Notes under the pieces: generated by a model
What the model was told of the DNA's origin: nothing
Seen by the model: only the letters and a program-made list of their open reading frames with translations
Databases searched by the model: none
Source: Cyanophora paradoxa CCMP329
Taxonomy: Eukaryota > Plantae > Glaucophyta
DNA: 64,000 bases
NCBI GenBank assembly: GCA_004431415.1
Contig: QPMI01000516.1
Coordinates: forward strand, 124,001-188,000
Reading direction: 5' to 3'
Part shown: piece by piece, positions 12,429 through 24,400 of the stretch
Position numbering within the stretch: the first letter of the stretch is position 1
How the letters are laid out: each line of letters opens with the position of its first letter
Program-made: the position numbers and the translations under genes

Positions 12429-15400
12429 ATGGCGCCCGGAGCGCCAGCTTCGAAGGTGAGCATTTCCTCTGCAGGCGGATACGCATCTCGGCGGCAGCTC
12501 CGCGCGGGCGACCCCTGATCGGCTCGCGCCCGCAGGTCGTGTTCGTGCCGTCGAAGAGCGAGGGTTACGTGCTCGCGGACGTGCTCACACAGAACGAGAG
12601 AGAAGCCCGCGTACGCCCGCGCGCCAAGGATGAGCCGGTGCGCAGCTTACGCTTCCGCCGCCCGCCCGGCCGGGCGCCCGCCGCCCGCCCGGCCGGGCGC
12701 CCGGCGCCCGCCGCCCGCCTGGAGAGCCCTTCCGCGAAGCTCATGGGCCGCACGCGCAGGAGCGATGGGTGCCGGTGCCCGAGCTCCTCCCGTCGAACCC
12801 GGAGGGCGCGGCGCCGCCGGACGACAACACGGCGCTCATGCACCTCAGCGGGGCGACGCTGCTGCACAACCTGCGCGCGCGGTACGCCCGCGACCAGGTC
12901 TACGTGCGCTCCTCCCCTCGCCTCCGCCCCGGGGCCCGGGCGCCTCGCCGGCGCCCCGTAGCTAGCTAGCCAGCCCAGCCCAGCTCTGACTGACCCCGCG
13001 CCCCGCCCCGCCTCGCGCGCGCGCGCGCCCCTCGCCTCCTCAGACGTACACGGTGGGCTCGCTCTCCGCCCCGCCCCGCCTCTTCTCGCTAACGCTCTCG
13101 CTCACGCGCGCGCTCACGCGCCCTCTCGTGCAGGCGTACATCCTCCTGGCGGTGAACCCGTACAAGCCGCTCCCCGTCTACGACGACGCCCGCATGGCCC
13201 GGTGCGCCGGAAAAGCCATCGGGCGGGCGGGATCCCGGAGGGATCTGCGCATCCGTATCGACTAGACTCTGACCGCGCGCGCGCAGGTACGCGGGGAAAG
13301 CGATCGGGCGGGAGGAGCCGCACGTCTTCGCGGTGGCGGACCGCGCGTACCGCCTCATGCGCGCCGAGGGCGCCGACCAGTCCATCGTCGTCAGGTGAGC
13401 GGCCCCGCCCGGCCCGGCCCGGCCGAGGCTTAACATACACGCCTTGCTTAAGCTTGGTCGGCCGAGGCTCAAGCTTAGAAGGCCTAGGAGGCGCGTCCCG
13501 GGCCGGCCTAGGGCTTAAGGCCTAAGCCTCGTTTTAAGCTCCGACTTGGCTAGCCGAGCCGCGCGCCCGCGGCCGGCTAAGGCCGTACCGGCCTACGAAG
13601 CTGGGCCCTTAGCTTCAAGCCATCGATTAGCTGCCGGAGCGGGCGGCGCGCCCTAGACCTAGCCTAGGCTTAAAGCCGCGCGAGCCGCATGCCCGCCCGC
13701 CCGCCCATCCGCCAGGCTCTTCTCGTCGGAATCTGACGGATCCTTTCTTCAGCGGCGAAAGCGGGGCGGGCAAGACGGAGACCAGCAAGGCGAGCGGTTT
13801 CAAGCTCGCCTGAGCTCCTAGCCGACTCGAATCTGACCCTGTCTATCTATCAGTACGCGATGCGGTACCTGGCGCACGTGGGGCGGGCGGCGGGGAGCGC
13901 CGACCTGGGCGAGCGCGTCCTCGACACGAACCCCATCCTCGAGGCCTTCGGCAACGCCAAGACCCTCCGCAACAACAACTCCTCCCGCTTCGTGCGCCCC
14001 CCCCCCCCCCCCCCCCCCCCGCCCCCGCCTACCCCTCCCCCTCCCCCCCCCGCCTCGAACGCTCTCTATCTCTCTGTCCTTCTCTCCCTCCGATACCACC
14101 ATCGCCCCCCCCCCCCCCCCTCTCCCCCCTCCCTTCTCTTCGTCTGACCCCCCCCCCCCCCCCCGGCAGGGCAAGTACATCAAGATCGAGTTCTCGCGGG
14201 ACGGCGCGGTCGCCGGCGCCTCCATCGTCACCTGTACGCTCCCCGACCCCCGCCCCGCCCCCCTCGCCCTCCTCTCCCTCCCGCCGGCCCCCACCCGACA
14301 TCTTATCTCAACGTCTTATCATCGCTTCCTCGCGCCCCGCCCCGCCCCGCCCCCCTCCTCCCCTTCTTCTCGCTGCCGAGCGATCTCTGCCACGCAGACC
14401 TGCTGGAGCGTTCGCGGGTGGCGCAGCAGGACGCCGGCGAGCGCTGCTACCACATCTTCTACCAGGTGCTAAAGTCTTAATCTCAGTTTCACCGGTTAAC
14501 CGGCCAAGAGTTAGCTAGAGCGCTCTGGGACCTAGCCTGGGAGCGAGTTAACGTTGCAATTAGCTTATATATATCATAGCTGGGATCTGGCATCTTCTAC
14601 CAGGTGCCGCTGTCCCAGTCTAAGTTGCACCGGTTAAGCGCTCTACTTAAGCTGGGAGCTAACCCAGGCCTGAGAGCTAGCTCATATAACGTAGCTGGGG
14701 CCTGGCTAACCCGACGCCTTCTGCCAGCTCTGCGCCGGCTCTTCCGCCGAGGAGCGCGCCGCCCTGCGCCTCGGGCCCGCGAAGGACTACCCCTGCCTCA
14801 GGTCCGACCGGCGTCCCCCCCCTTCTTATACGAGCCACGCCGCCTAAACCGAGCCACCGCAGCGCGGGCGGCTGCGTGGCGATCCCGGGAGTGGACGACG
14901 CCGCCGACTTCGAGAGAGTGAAGGTCCGTCCGCGTCCGCGTGCAGCAAGCCATAGAAGCAAGATTCTATGCAACGGACTCTAACAGTGCCCAAAGAACGG
15001 CAAACCCCTCGCTTATGATCACTTCGTCCGCAGGGGGCGATGGATCGCGTGGGGATCGGGGCGGGGGAGCGCGCCGACGCCTTCCGCGTTCTCGCCGCCC
15101 TCCTCCACCTCAGGTGACGGGCTCCGCCCCCCCCCCCCCCATCTCGCCTTGACCTGACCTCGCCGCTCTCCTCCTCCTCCGCCTCAGCCGCGTCTCCTTC
15201 GCCGCATCCGAATCCTCCGACGGCTCCGAGGTGCTGCCACTCGTTACGAAGAAGAGTTGATAAGACTCTAATTAATAAGACAATGTTGCTGTGATGCCTT
15301 GCCCAGATCTGATCGATATGGGGCAGGTGGCGGAGGCGGGGGCGCTGGCGACGGCGGCGGGGCTGCTGGGCCTCGACGAGGCGAGCTTCCGGCGCGTCCT

Positions 15401-18400
15401 CACCTACCGCACCATGGAGACCCGCGGCCAGGTGCGGAAGAACGAGCAGACGTGAAGTTATAGGGCTTTGGAACAGACCTTAACTTAATTAAACGCGCGG
15501 CCAGGTCGTCGAGATCCCGCTGAAGCCGGCCGAGGTACCCATCTCAGTTCATTCTGAAGAGGAGCTTCTCGAGGTTTGATTTGGTGTCCAACAGGCGGCG
15601 AACGCGCGGAACGCGCTGGCGAAGGCGGTCTACCAGCGCCTCTTCGACTGGCTTGTCGAGCGCGTCAACGAGGTGAGAAGGAAGCCTCGGATTCCCTCCC
15701 GAGGGAGGCGCGCTGAGGCTGCTGGGGCTCGCAGGGCCTCGGCGGGGGCCGGGCGGCCGGGGGCACGTGCATCGGCATCCTCGACATCTTCGGCTTCGAG
15801 TACTTCGAGGTGCGCCGGCGAGGCCCGCGATCAATTTAACCGATGAGACCCACGGGTTATAATCCTCCGCCCCTCCCCCCGGCGTCCCTCCCTCCCGCCC
15901 GACCGCCCCGCCCCGGCCCCTCACCCTTCTTCTTGCAGCGGAACAGCTTCGAGCAGCTGTGCATCAACTACGCGAACGAGAAGCTGCAGCAGTACTTCAA
16001 CGAGCAGGTCTTCAAGCAGGAGGAGGTGCCTCCCCCATCCCCCTGTCCAGTTCCAGTTTTCTAGCGCTCTGCGTGGATCTCTCCATCTGACTGCCGGGGC
16101 GCGCTCGCAGGAGATCTACGCGCGAGAGGGCATCCGCGCCGAGCGCGTCGAGTTCCAGGTCCGCCCCGCGCCCGCCTGCGCGCGCCCGCACCCGCCCCTT
16201 TCCCCTCGAATTCCGACCGGGGCGGCGGCGGCGGCAGGACAACGGGGCGACGATCGAGCTGATCGAGCGGCGCCCCGGGGGGCTCCTCCACGTCCTCGAG
16301 GAGGAGGGGCGCATGCCCTCGGGCTCCGACCGCTCCTTCTGCCGCAAGGTAAAGAAAGCGAAACGAAAATCAAATCATAGAAAGAGCAGCAAAACATCAT
16401 GACCTTGACTCGCCTCCTCCTCACTCCCTCCCCCGCAGATCCACGAGGCGCACCGGGCCGGGGGCCGCCTGGGGGCCCCCGCCAACGCCGGCCGCCGCGA
16501 GTACGGCTTCCTCACAACCGACGAGGCACGCCCCCATTCTCAGACTTATTATATGCCGTTACTCAGACTCGTATCATTTTAGAGTCTTATTATTCCTCAC
16601 CACCGACGAGGCCCGCCCCTTTTAATATTCTTCTTCAAGACCCCGTTATTTCGGAGTATTATTGGACCTAGATCTTATTATCGTATCATTTTAGAGTCTT
16701 GTTATTCCTCACCACCGACGATATTCAGAGTCTTATTTTAGAGTCTTATCGGACCTAGATCTTATTATCATTATCTGAGAATGCGCCCTTCTCATTTGTC
16801 TTCTCTTCTCCCTTTCCCGCCTCCCTCCCGCAGGGCTTCGTCGTGAAGCACTTCGCCGGCGACGTGCGCCCCCGCCCCCGCCCCCGCTGCCCCGCCCCGC
16901 CTTCGCCTTCAGCACCCTCGGAAGGCGGGGCGGGGCAGGCGATTCTTAACCGTCCCCCGCCTGTCCCGCCCTGCTCCCGGCCCCGCCCGACTCGGGCGGC
17001 CCCTCCTCCTCCCCCTCGCGCTCAGGTGACGTACGAGGCGGAGGGGTTCCTGGAGAAGAACAACGACTCCGTGCACCCCGACCTCCTCGCCCTCCTCCAG
17101 GCAAGCGAGCGAGCCAGCGAGCCCGGGACATTAACATTAGACCCGGAGCCCCTGCTTCTCGCCCTTGGGGGGCCGTTTATCTCAGGCTATCTAACTCGAG
17201 CTCGCCCCGCCCGCCCCGCAGCGCTCGACGGACGCGTTCGTGCGGCGGCTCGCCCCGGATCCCCCCGCCGCCCCCAAGGTGCCCCGCTGTTCCTCCCCGC
17301 GGCAGCCGCCCGTGACGGGTCGGATCGGACCGGTCCCGCCAGTTCGGCCCCAAGGACCGGTCGACGCGGTTCTCGTCGGTGGGCGGCAAGTTCGCGGCGC
17401 AGCTGCAGGGCCTCATGGCCGACCTCGCCCGCACCAGGTCAGGCGGCCACCGCTCGGGGCCGTGCCGTCCCCATCTAGGCATATATATCTAATCATCTAG
17501 ATTCTAAAACAGGGCTTGTCACTATCTAGACATCTCTAAACATCTAGACTCCACTTCTACAACACTCTTTGACATCTCTCTTTAGAAGTTTAAGAAGAAC
17601 CCCGAAGCTCATTCGCCGTCTTACTCGCCTGCGGTCGCCCGCAGCTCGCACTTCGTGCGGTGCATCAAGCCGAACGGGGAGCAGCGGCCGGGCTCCTTCT
17701 CCGGCGGCACCGTCCTCGCCCAGGTCCGCCGCGCTTAGGACTAAACTTAAGGTCTTAAGCTCGTCTGGGATCCGGATCTGACCTCGGGCCCGTCCCCCCG
17801 TCGTTCCTCGCGCAGCTTCGGGCGGGGGGCATGCTGGAGGCCCTAAGGCTTCTGCAGGCCGGGTGCGCACGCATGCGCCCATCCCAAAGCAGAATTCCAT
17901 GCTCGGCTGACTTTGTCCACCTGACTGACTCGGCCGCCAGCTTTCCCACGCGGTGCGCGGTGGAGGCCATACACGGCCGGTGCGTGCGCGCGCCACATCG
18001 TCAGACGAATGGCAACAGAGCAGGCACCTAAAGGCGACAATATTAATCAGCCCCCGACAATCAGGAGCCTCATGTAGAATCTATAAAACATTCAACGAAC
18101 TGCTCGCCTTAATTAGAATCTATCGCCTTCAATCTAAAGAGCTCTCGCGCTCCTTCAGGTACGCGCCGGCGATGCCGGAGGCGCTGCGGCGCTCGGGCCC
18201 CGCGCACTTCTGCGGGGCCCTCCTCGCCGCCCTCGACTTCAAAGAGAGCGACTTCCAGGTCGGCCTCACCAAGGTCCGCCTGTCCCTCCTTCTTTCTTTC
18301 TTTCTTATAAGACTTTAAGCTTCCATGATCGGCCTTTCTTAAGCTTTCTAAGGAGCATTTACAAGCCGTTAGCCGTTACAAGCTCCTAGGTGCGCCCTCC

Positions 18401-21400
18401 GCGGGCTAAGGCTAAGCAGTTATATCTGTCTCGGCTTTCCAATCCAAATTCAAATTTGCTTCCGGATCCGCCGCCCTTCGGCCGCTCCACTCACGCAGGC
18501 CCAACCCCGAGCCTCGGCCCGCGCGCGGCTCACGCCCCGGCAGGTGTTCTTCCGGGCGGGGCACCTTGCGCGGCTGGACGAGCTCGTCGGGAGCGCCGAC
18601 CAGGCCGCCCTCGACGCCGTCGTCGCCAAGGTCCTCGCCCCCGCCCCGCGGACGCCCGGGAATGAGATCTAGATGGAGATTACAAGCATATAATTAAGGC
18701 GGATACTATAGAATCTTAAAGTTCCTTATGCAAAGAGGTGCTGGCTGGCCTGGCCTGGCCTGGCCCCCAAAGGTCCTCGCTCCCCGCTGAGCCCGCCGAG
18801 GCTATATAGCCTAGCCCGGCCCAGCCCCCCGAGGATCAGCGGGGAGCGAGGACCTTGGCGACGACGGCGTCCTCGATCCTCGATCCGACGCCGTCGTCGC
18901 AAAGGCGCTCGGGCGGCTGGGCTTGGGCTGGGCTGGGCATGGGCATGGGCGGCGGCTGACGGGGTCGGGGTCGGCTGACGCCGTCGTCGCCAAGGTCCTC
19001 GCCTCGATCTAGATGAGATATAGGAGAGTGAGAATGATATATAGATGGAGATTACAAGACTACAAGCTCGAAGACTAGCCAACCGTTGACTAGGATAGCT
19101 GGGGCCCTGGCCTGAGCGGCGGCTGACGCGATCGTAACGCAGGTGAAGCGGTGGCTGGCCCGCAAGCGCTGGCAGCGCCTCATCGGCTTCCACCGCGCAT
19201 GCACCCGCGGTGCGCGCGCGCGCCCCTAAAAGACCGGCCCGACGTCCTATCAACGTTATCCAATTCGAATCTAACCGGCCGCTCCTTCTTAGCCCGTAGA
19301 AGTCTAAATACGTTTACGTTTATATAATATTTGAATAATTTACAGGGCCCACTATGATCTCATTCTTGGCAATCGAGCCGTCCTCATTTTCGCCGCAGTG
19401 GTCCGGCGCCTGCGGGAGATCCGCTCCCTCCGACTGTTCCTACGCGCCGCCGGCCTCGCCCGCGCCTACTGCGCGACCTTCAGGCGGGCCCTCCTCCGCG
19501 CCCGCCGCCGCCTCGCCGCCCGCGCCCTCCAGAGCGGTGCGTGTCCGGCCTTCGCGTAAGCTTGAGACAGCAGAGTCTGACGTTTTTGAAGTGTTCCGGA
19601 CGCACGTGGCCCGGGCCAAGCTCACCCGCGCCCGCCGGGCCGCGACCCGCATCCAGGCGCGCTACAGAGGCCACAGGGTGCGACGCGATGCGACCTCGAT
19701 TCGGTTTAGATCGTTCATTCATTCATGTTGCTCGCAGGTGCGGGCCCTCCTCGGGCCGGTGCTGGCGGAGCGGCGGGAGGCGCGGCGGGCGGAGCTGGCG
19801 GCGCGGGCCGCGGCGGAGCGGGAGCAAGCGGAGCGAAAGCGGCGCGAGGAGGCCGCCGCGTACCGCGAGGTGCCCCCTCCTTTCTTCTTCAAGTTCTCGT
19901 TCTTATATTATTAGAGTCTTGTTGGGCCTAGATATTATTACTAGTACTCTTATATCATTGAGAATCTCCTCAGGCGGCGGTGGAGAGCCTGCGGAGGAGG
20001 GACCAGGCCGCTGCCGAGCGGAGCCGGGCCCAGCAGCCTCAGCCGCAGCCTCAACCTTCTCTGCCAGCACCGACGACGACGACGGTGGCAGCACAGCCCG
20101 CCGCCGCTGCCGCCGCTGCCGCCGCCTCCGCGGGACCGGCGCACCCTCCCACCCCTCCTCCTCCCCCTCCCTCCCCTCCCCCGTCCTCCTCGGAGGCGCT
20201 GGGGGCCTTGGGCGAGGCGGTGGCGCGCATGGCGGGGAGCCTCCTCGAGCTGCAAACCGAGGTCCGCCCGCACCCTCCTCTAGCGCCCCCGAGGAGGACG
20301 GGGGAGGGATGGGCCTAAGGTGGCGTAGGCTAGGCTAGGAGGGGTGGGCCTAATGTGGCGCCTCCGCCTAAGGAGAGATAGCCTAAGGTGGCGTAGGCTA
20401 GGCTAGGCTGTGCGCTCCCCGAGGTCCAGGCCGAGGTCAGCTGCAGGCCGAGGTCTAAGGAGAGATAGCCGAGTCGTTGCTTGCTTTGTTGTCTCGGCCG
20501 AGCCGCTCCTCCTCCTGCGCCGCCCTCCGCCCTCCGCCCTCCGCCCTCCGCGTCCTCGCTCCTCCTGCGCCGCGTCGCCGGACCCCTCGGCCGCCTGAGG
20601 AGAGATAGCCTAAGGTGGCGTAGGCGTGGAGGTGGAGTTGAGGCTAGGCTGTGCGCTGGGTTTCCTACGTCGACTCTAACCGTCCCGGGCGGCTGGCGCG
20701 CGCAGGTCCGCGCCCTCCGCGCCGCCGCCGCCGCCAAGGCCGACGCCTCCGCGGCGAGTCGTTTGCTTCTTCTGCTATCTTGGCCGAGCCGCTCTACAGA
20801 GAGCCATCTTTCAAACGTCATGTTTGACTTCGGCGGTGCAGGTGGAGGCGCTGCGGGAGGAGGCGAGGGCGGCGGGGCGCGCCCGCGACGACTCCTTCGG
20901 AGAGCTCGAGGGGCGGGTGCGCCTTTCAGGGCGGGTCTACGAAGCTTGAATTTCACGCTTTCTAAGACCATGAAGCACGCATAAGCTTACGAGGAGCGCT
21001 TCCAGCGTAAACTGACGTCAAGAGCTTTAGAGCTAACGTTTAGCTTACGAGGAGCGCTTTCCACTTTGGGCTGACGCTGCGGGGCGGGCAGGTGAAAGGG
21101 GCGGAGGCGCTGCTCGCGAAGACGGCGGCGCGGGCGGAGGCGGCCGAGGCGGCCCTGAAGCTCCAGCGCGAGGAGGCGCGGGCCGAGGCGGCTCGGCTGA
21201 GGGCGGCGCTGGAGGGCGCCAGGGGCGCCTCCGAAGAGGCGGCGAAGGAGGCGCGCGCGGCGGCGGCCGAGGCGCGCGCGGCGCGGGCGGCGGCCGACGC
21301 GGCGGCGGCGGCGGGGCGGCGGAGGCGGCGGAGCGGGAGCGGCGGTGGGCGGAGGAGGCGGAGGCGCGGGCGGAGGCGGCGCAGAAGGCGCTGCGGGCGG

Positions 21401-24400
21401 CGATGGCTGTCTCTGAGGCCTCCCTCCTCTCCCGCATCGGCGCCCTCGAGGTGCGCCGCTGCCTGTCTTCTTTGGGTGGGGAAGGGAAAGAGAGGGAAGG
21501 GGCGGGGGGTTGAGTCAAGAGGGGGGAGGGGGAAGGGGGTTCGATGCGAGAGGGGGCACGAGAAGCAGCTCGCCGGTGCGCCCAACGAGTTGTTGCTCAG
21601 TGCTGCAAATGCTGCGCTGACACCAACTGCGATGGCCCAGGAAACGGCATCCGCGAACGAGGCCGCACTGTCGCGCGCACAGTCGGCATCGCTGGAGCAG
21701 GCGAGAACTGCAGAGGCGGCGGTGACCGCGGCCGTCTCGAGCGCCGAGGGACGGATCGCCGCGGCGGCGGCCGAGCGCGCGGCGCAAGCGGACGCGGCGC
21801 TGGCGGCGGCGGAGGAGCGGCTGCGGGCAACGCTCGCGGAGCAGGTGCGGGCCGCAGAGGCGGCGGCGGCCGCAGCGGTGGCGGATACCGAGCGGCGTCT
21901 CGGGGCGGCGGCGGCTGAGCGCGCGGCGCAAGCCGAGGCGGCGCTGGCGGCGGCGGAGGAGCGGCTGCGGGCGGCTCTTGCGGAGCAGGCGCGGGCCGGC
22001 GAGGCGGCGGCGGCCGCAGCGGTGGCGGATACCGAGCGGCGCCTCGGGCGGCGGCGGCCGAGCGCGCGGTGCAAGCGGACGCGGCGCTGGCGGCGGCGGA
22101 GGTGCGGCTGCGGGCGGCTCTCGCGGAGCAGGCGCAGGCCGGCGAGGCGGCGGCGGCCGCAGCGGTGAAAGATGCCGAGCGGCGAATCGCAGCGGCGGCG
22201 GCCGAGCGCGCGGCGCAAGCGGACGCGGCGCTGGCGGCGGCGGAGGAGCGGCTGCGGGCGGCTCTTGCGGAGCAGGCGCGGGCCGGCGAGGCGGCGGCGG
22301 CCGCAGCGGTGGAAGACGCCGAGCTGCGGATCGCGGCGGCGGCGGCCGAGCGCGCGGCGCAAGCCGAGGCGGCGCTGGCGGCGGCGGAGGAGCGCCTGCG
22401 GGCGGCGCTCGCGGAGCAGGCGGCGGCGCACAGCGAGCGGGGCCTAGCAGCGATGGGAGAGCTCGAGGCGCGGCTAGCAGCAGCGGGCGAGGCCGCAGCG
22501 CGCGAGGCGGCCGAGCTGAGGGCGGCCGTCGGCGCGCAGGAGCGGCAGGCGGCGGCCGCTGCGGAGTCGGCGGCGGAGCTGCGCAAGCGGGTCGAGGAGC
22601 TCGCGATGGCGGGCGCCGAGGCGGCGGGCGCGCGGGCGGCTGTGGAGGCAGCGGAGGCGCGGCTTCAGTCGGCATTGGCTGCGGGCGTCGAGGATGCCGA
22701 GAGGCGAATTGCGGCGGCAGCGACCGAGCGCGCGGCGCAAGCGGACGCGGCGCTGGCGGCGGCGGAGGAGCGGCTGCGGGCGGCACTGGCGGAGCGGGCG
22801 CGGGCCGGCGAGGCGGCGGCGGCCGCAGCGGTGGAAGATTCTGAGCGGCGTCTCGGGGCGGCGGCGGCCGAGCGCGCGGCACAGGCCGAGGCGGCGCTGG
22901 CGGCGGCGGAGGAGCGGCTGCGGGCGGCGCTCGCGGAGCAGGCGGCGGCGCACAGCGAGCGGGGCCTAGCAGCGATGGGAGAGCTCGAGGCGCGGCTAGC
23001 AGCAGCGGGCGAGGCCGCAGCGCGCGAGGCGGCCGAGCTGAGGTCGGCCGTCGGCGCGCAGGAGCGGCAGGCGGCGGCCGCAGCGGAGTCGGCGGCGGAG
23101 CTGCGCAAGCGGGTCGAGGAGCTCGCGGCGGCGGGCGCCGAGGCGGCGGGCGCGCGGGCGGCTGTGGAGGCAGCGGAGGCGCGGCTTCAGTCGGCATTGG
23201 CTGCGGGCGTCGAGGATGCCGAGAGGCGAATTGCGGTGGCAGCGACCGAGCGCGCGGCGCAAGCGGACGCGGCGCTGGCGGCGGCGGAGGAGCGGCTGCG
23301 GGCGGCACTGGCGGAGCGGGCGCGGGCCGGCGAGGCGGCGGCGGCCGCAGCGGTGGAAGATTCTGAGCGGCGTCTCGGGGCGGCGGCGGCCGAGCGCGCG
23401 GCGCAGGCCGAGGCGGCGCTGGCGGCGGCGGAGGAGCGGCTGCGGGCGGCACTGGCGGAGCGGGCGCGGGCCGGCGAGGCGGCGGCGGCCGCAGCGGTGG
23501 AAGATTCTGAGCGGCGTCTCGGGGCGGCGGCGGCCGAGCGCGCGGCGCAGGCCGAGGCGGCGCTGGCGGCGGCGGAGGAGCGGCTGCGGGCGGCTCTTGC
23601 GGAGCAGGCGCGGGCCGGCGAGGCGGCGGCGGCCGCAGCGGTGGAAGATTCTGAGCGGCGTCTCGGGGCGGCGGCGGCCGAGCGCGCGGCGCAAGCGGAC
23701 GCGGCGCTGGCGGCGGCGGAGGAGCGGCTGCGGGCGGCGCTCAGGGAGCAGGCGGCGGCGCACAGCGAGCGGGGTCTAGCAGCGATGAGAGAGCTCGAGG
23801 CGCGGCTAGCAGCAGCGGGCGAGGCCGCAGCGCGCGAGGCGGCCGAGCTGAGGGCGGCCGTCGGCGCGCAGGAGCGGCAGGCGGCGGCCGCTGCGGAGTC
23901 GGTGGCGGAGCTGCGCAAGCGGGTCGAGGAGCTCGCGGCGGCGGGCGCCGAGGCGGCGGGCGCGCGGGCGGCTGTGGAGGCAGCGGAGGCGCGGCTTCAG
24001 GCTGCCATCGCGTCGGCTCAACTCGATTCCGAGCGGCTGGCAGTCGAGCTCGAGGCGCGGCTCGGCGGGGATCTGGGCCGGCGCGCAGCCGAAGAGTCCG
24101 CGAGGCACTCGTTGAGCCTTGACGGCCTCTCACGGAGGGTGTGCGAATCTTCCTTTCGGGGTTTTCCCATCTATCAACCCATATATTTACATCTGTCGCA
24201 GGTTGCGGAGCTTGCGGGGTACAGGGACAGGGCGGAGGGGGAGGCCGGGGCCAGGGTGGCCGGCCTCGATGCGCGCCTCGCGGCCGTCGCCCGGCGGGTG
24301 CGGCGGGGCCAAAGCTCGAAACCGATCTTCGATCCAATCTTCTTGAGCGGTTTGGTCCGTCCCCGCAGGTCGACGAGCTGGCCGCCGAGGCCGCGAAGGC

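Noticed and set aside
22040-22070. Frameshift in the myosin tail (pseudogene or programmed frameshift)
   Set aside because: This copy has CTCGGGCG where sister repeats have CTCGGGGCG, most simply a homopolymer sequencing error. Similar probable indels occur near 7490, 21315, 46620 and 52397.
21040-23918. Long antisense ORFs over the myosin tail
   Set aside because: Shadow frames of a GC-rich coding repeat.
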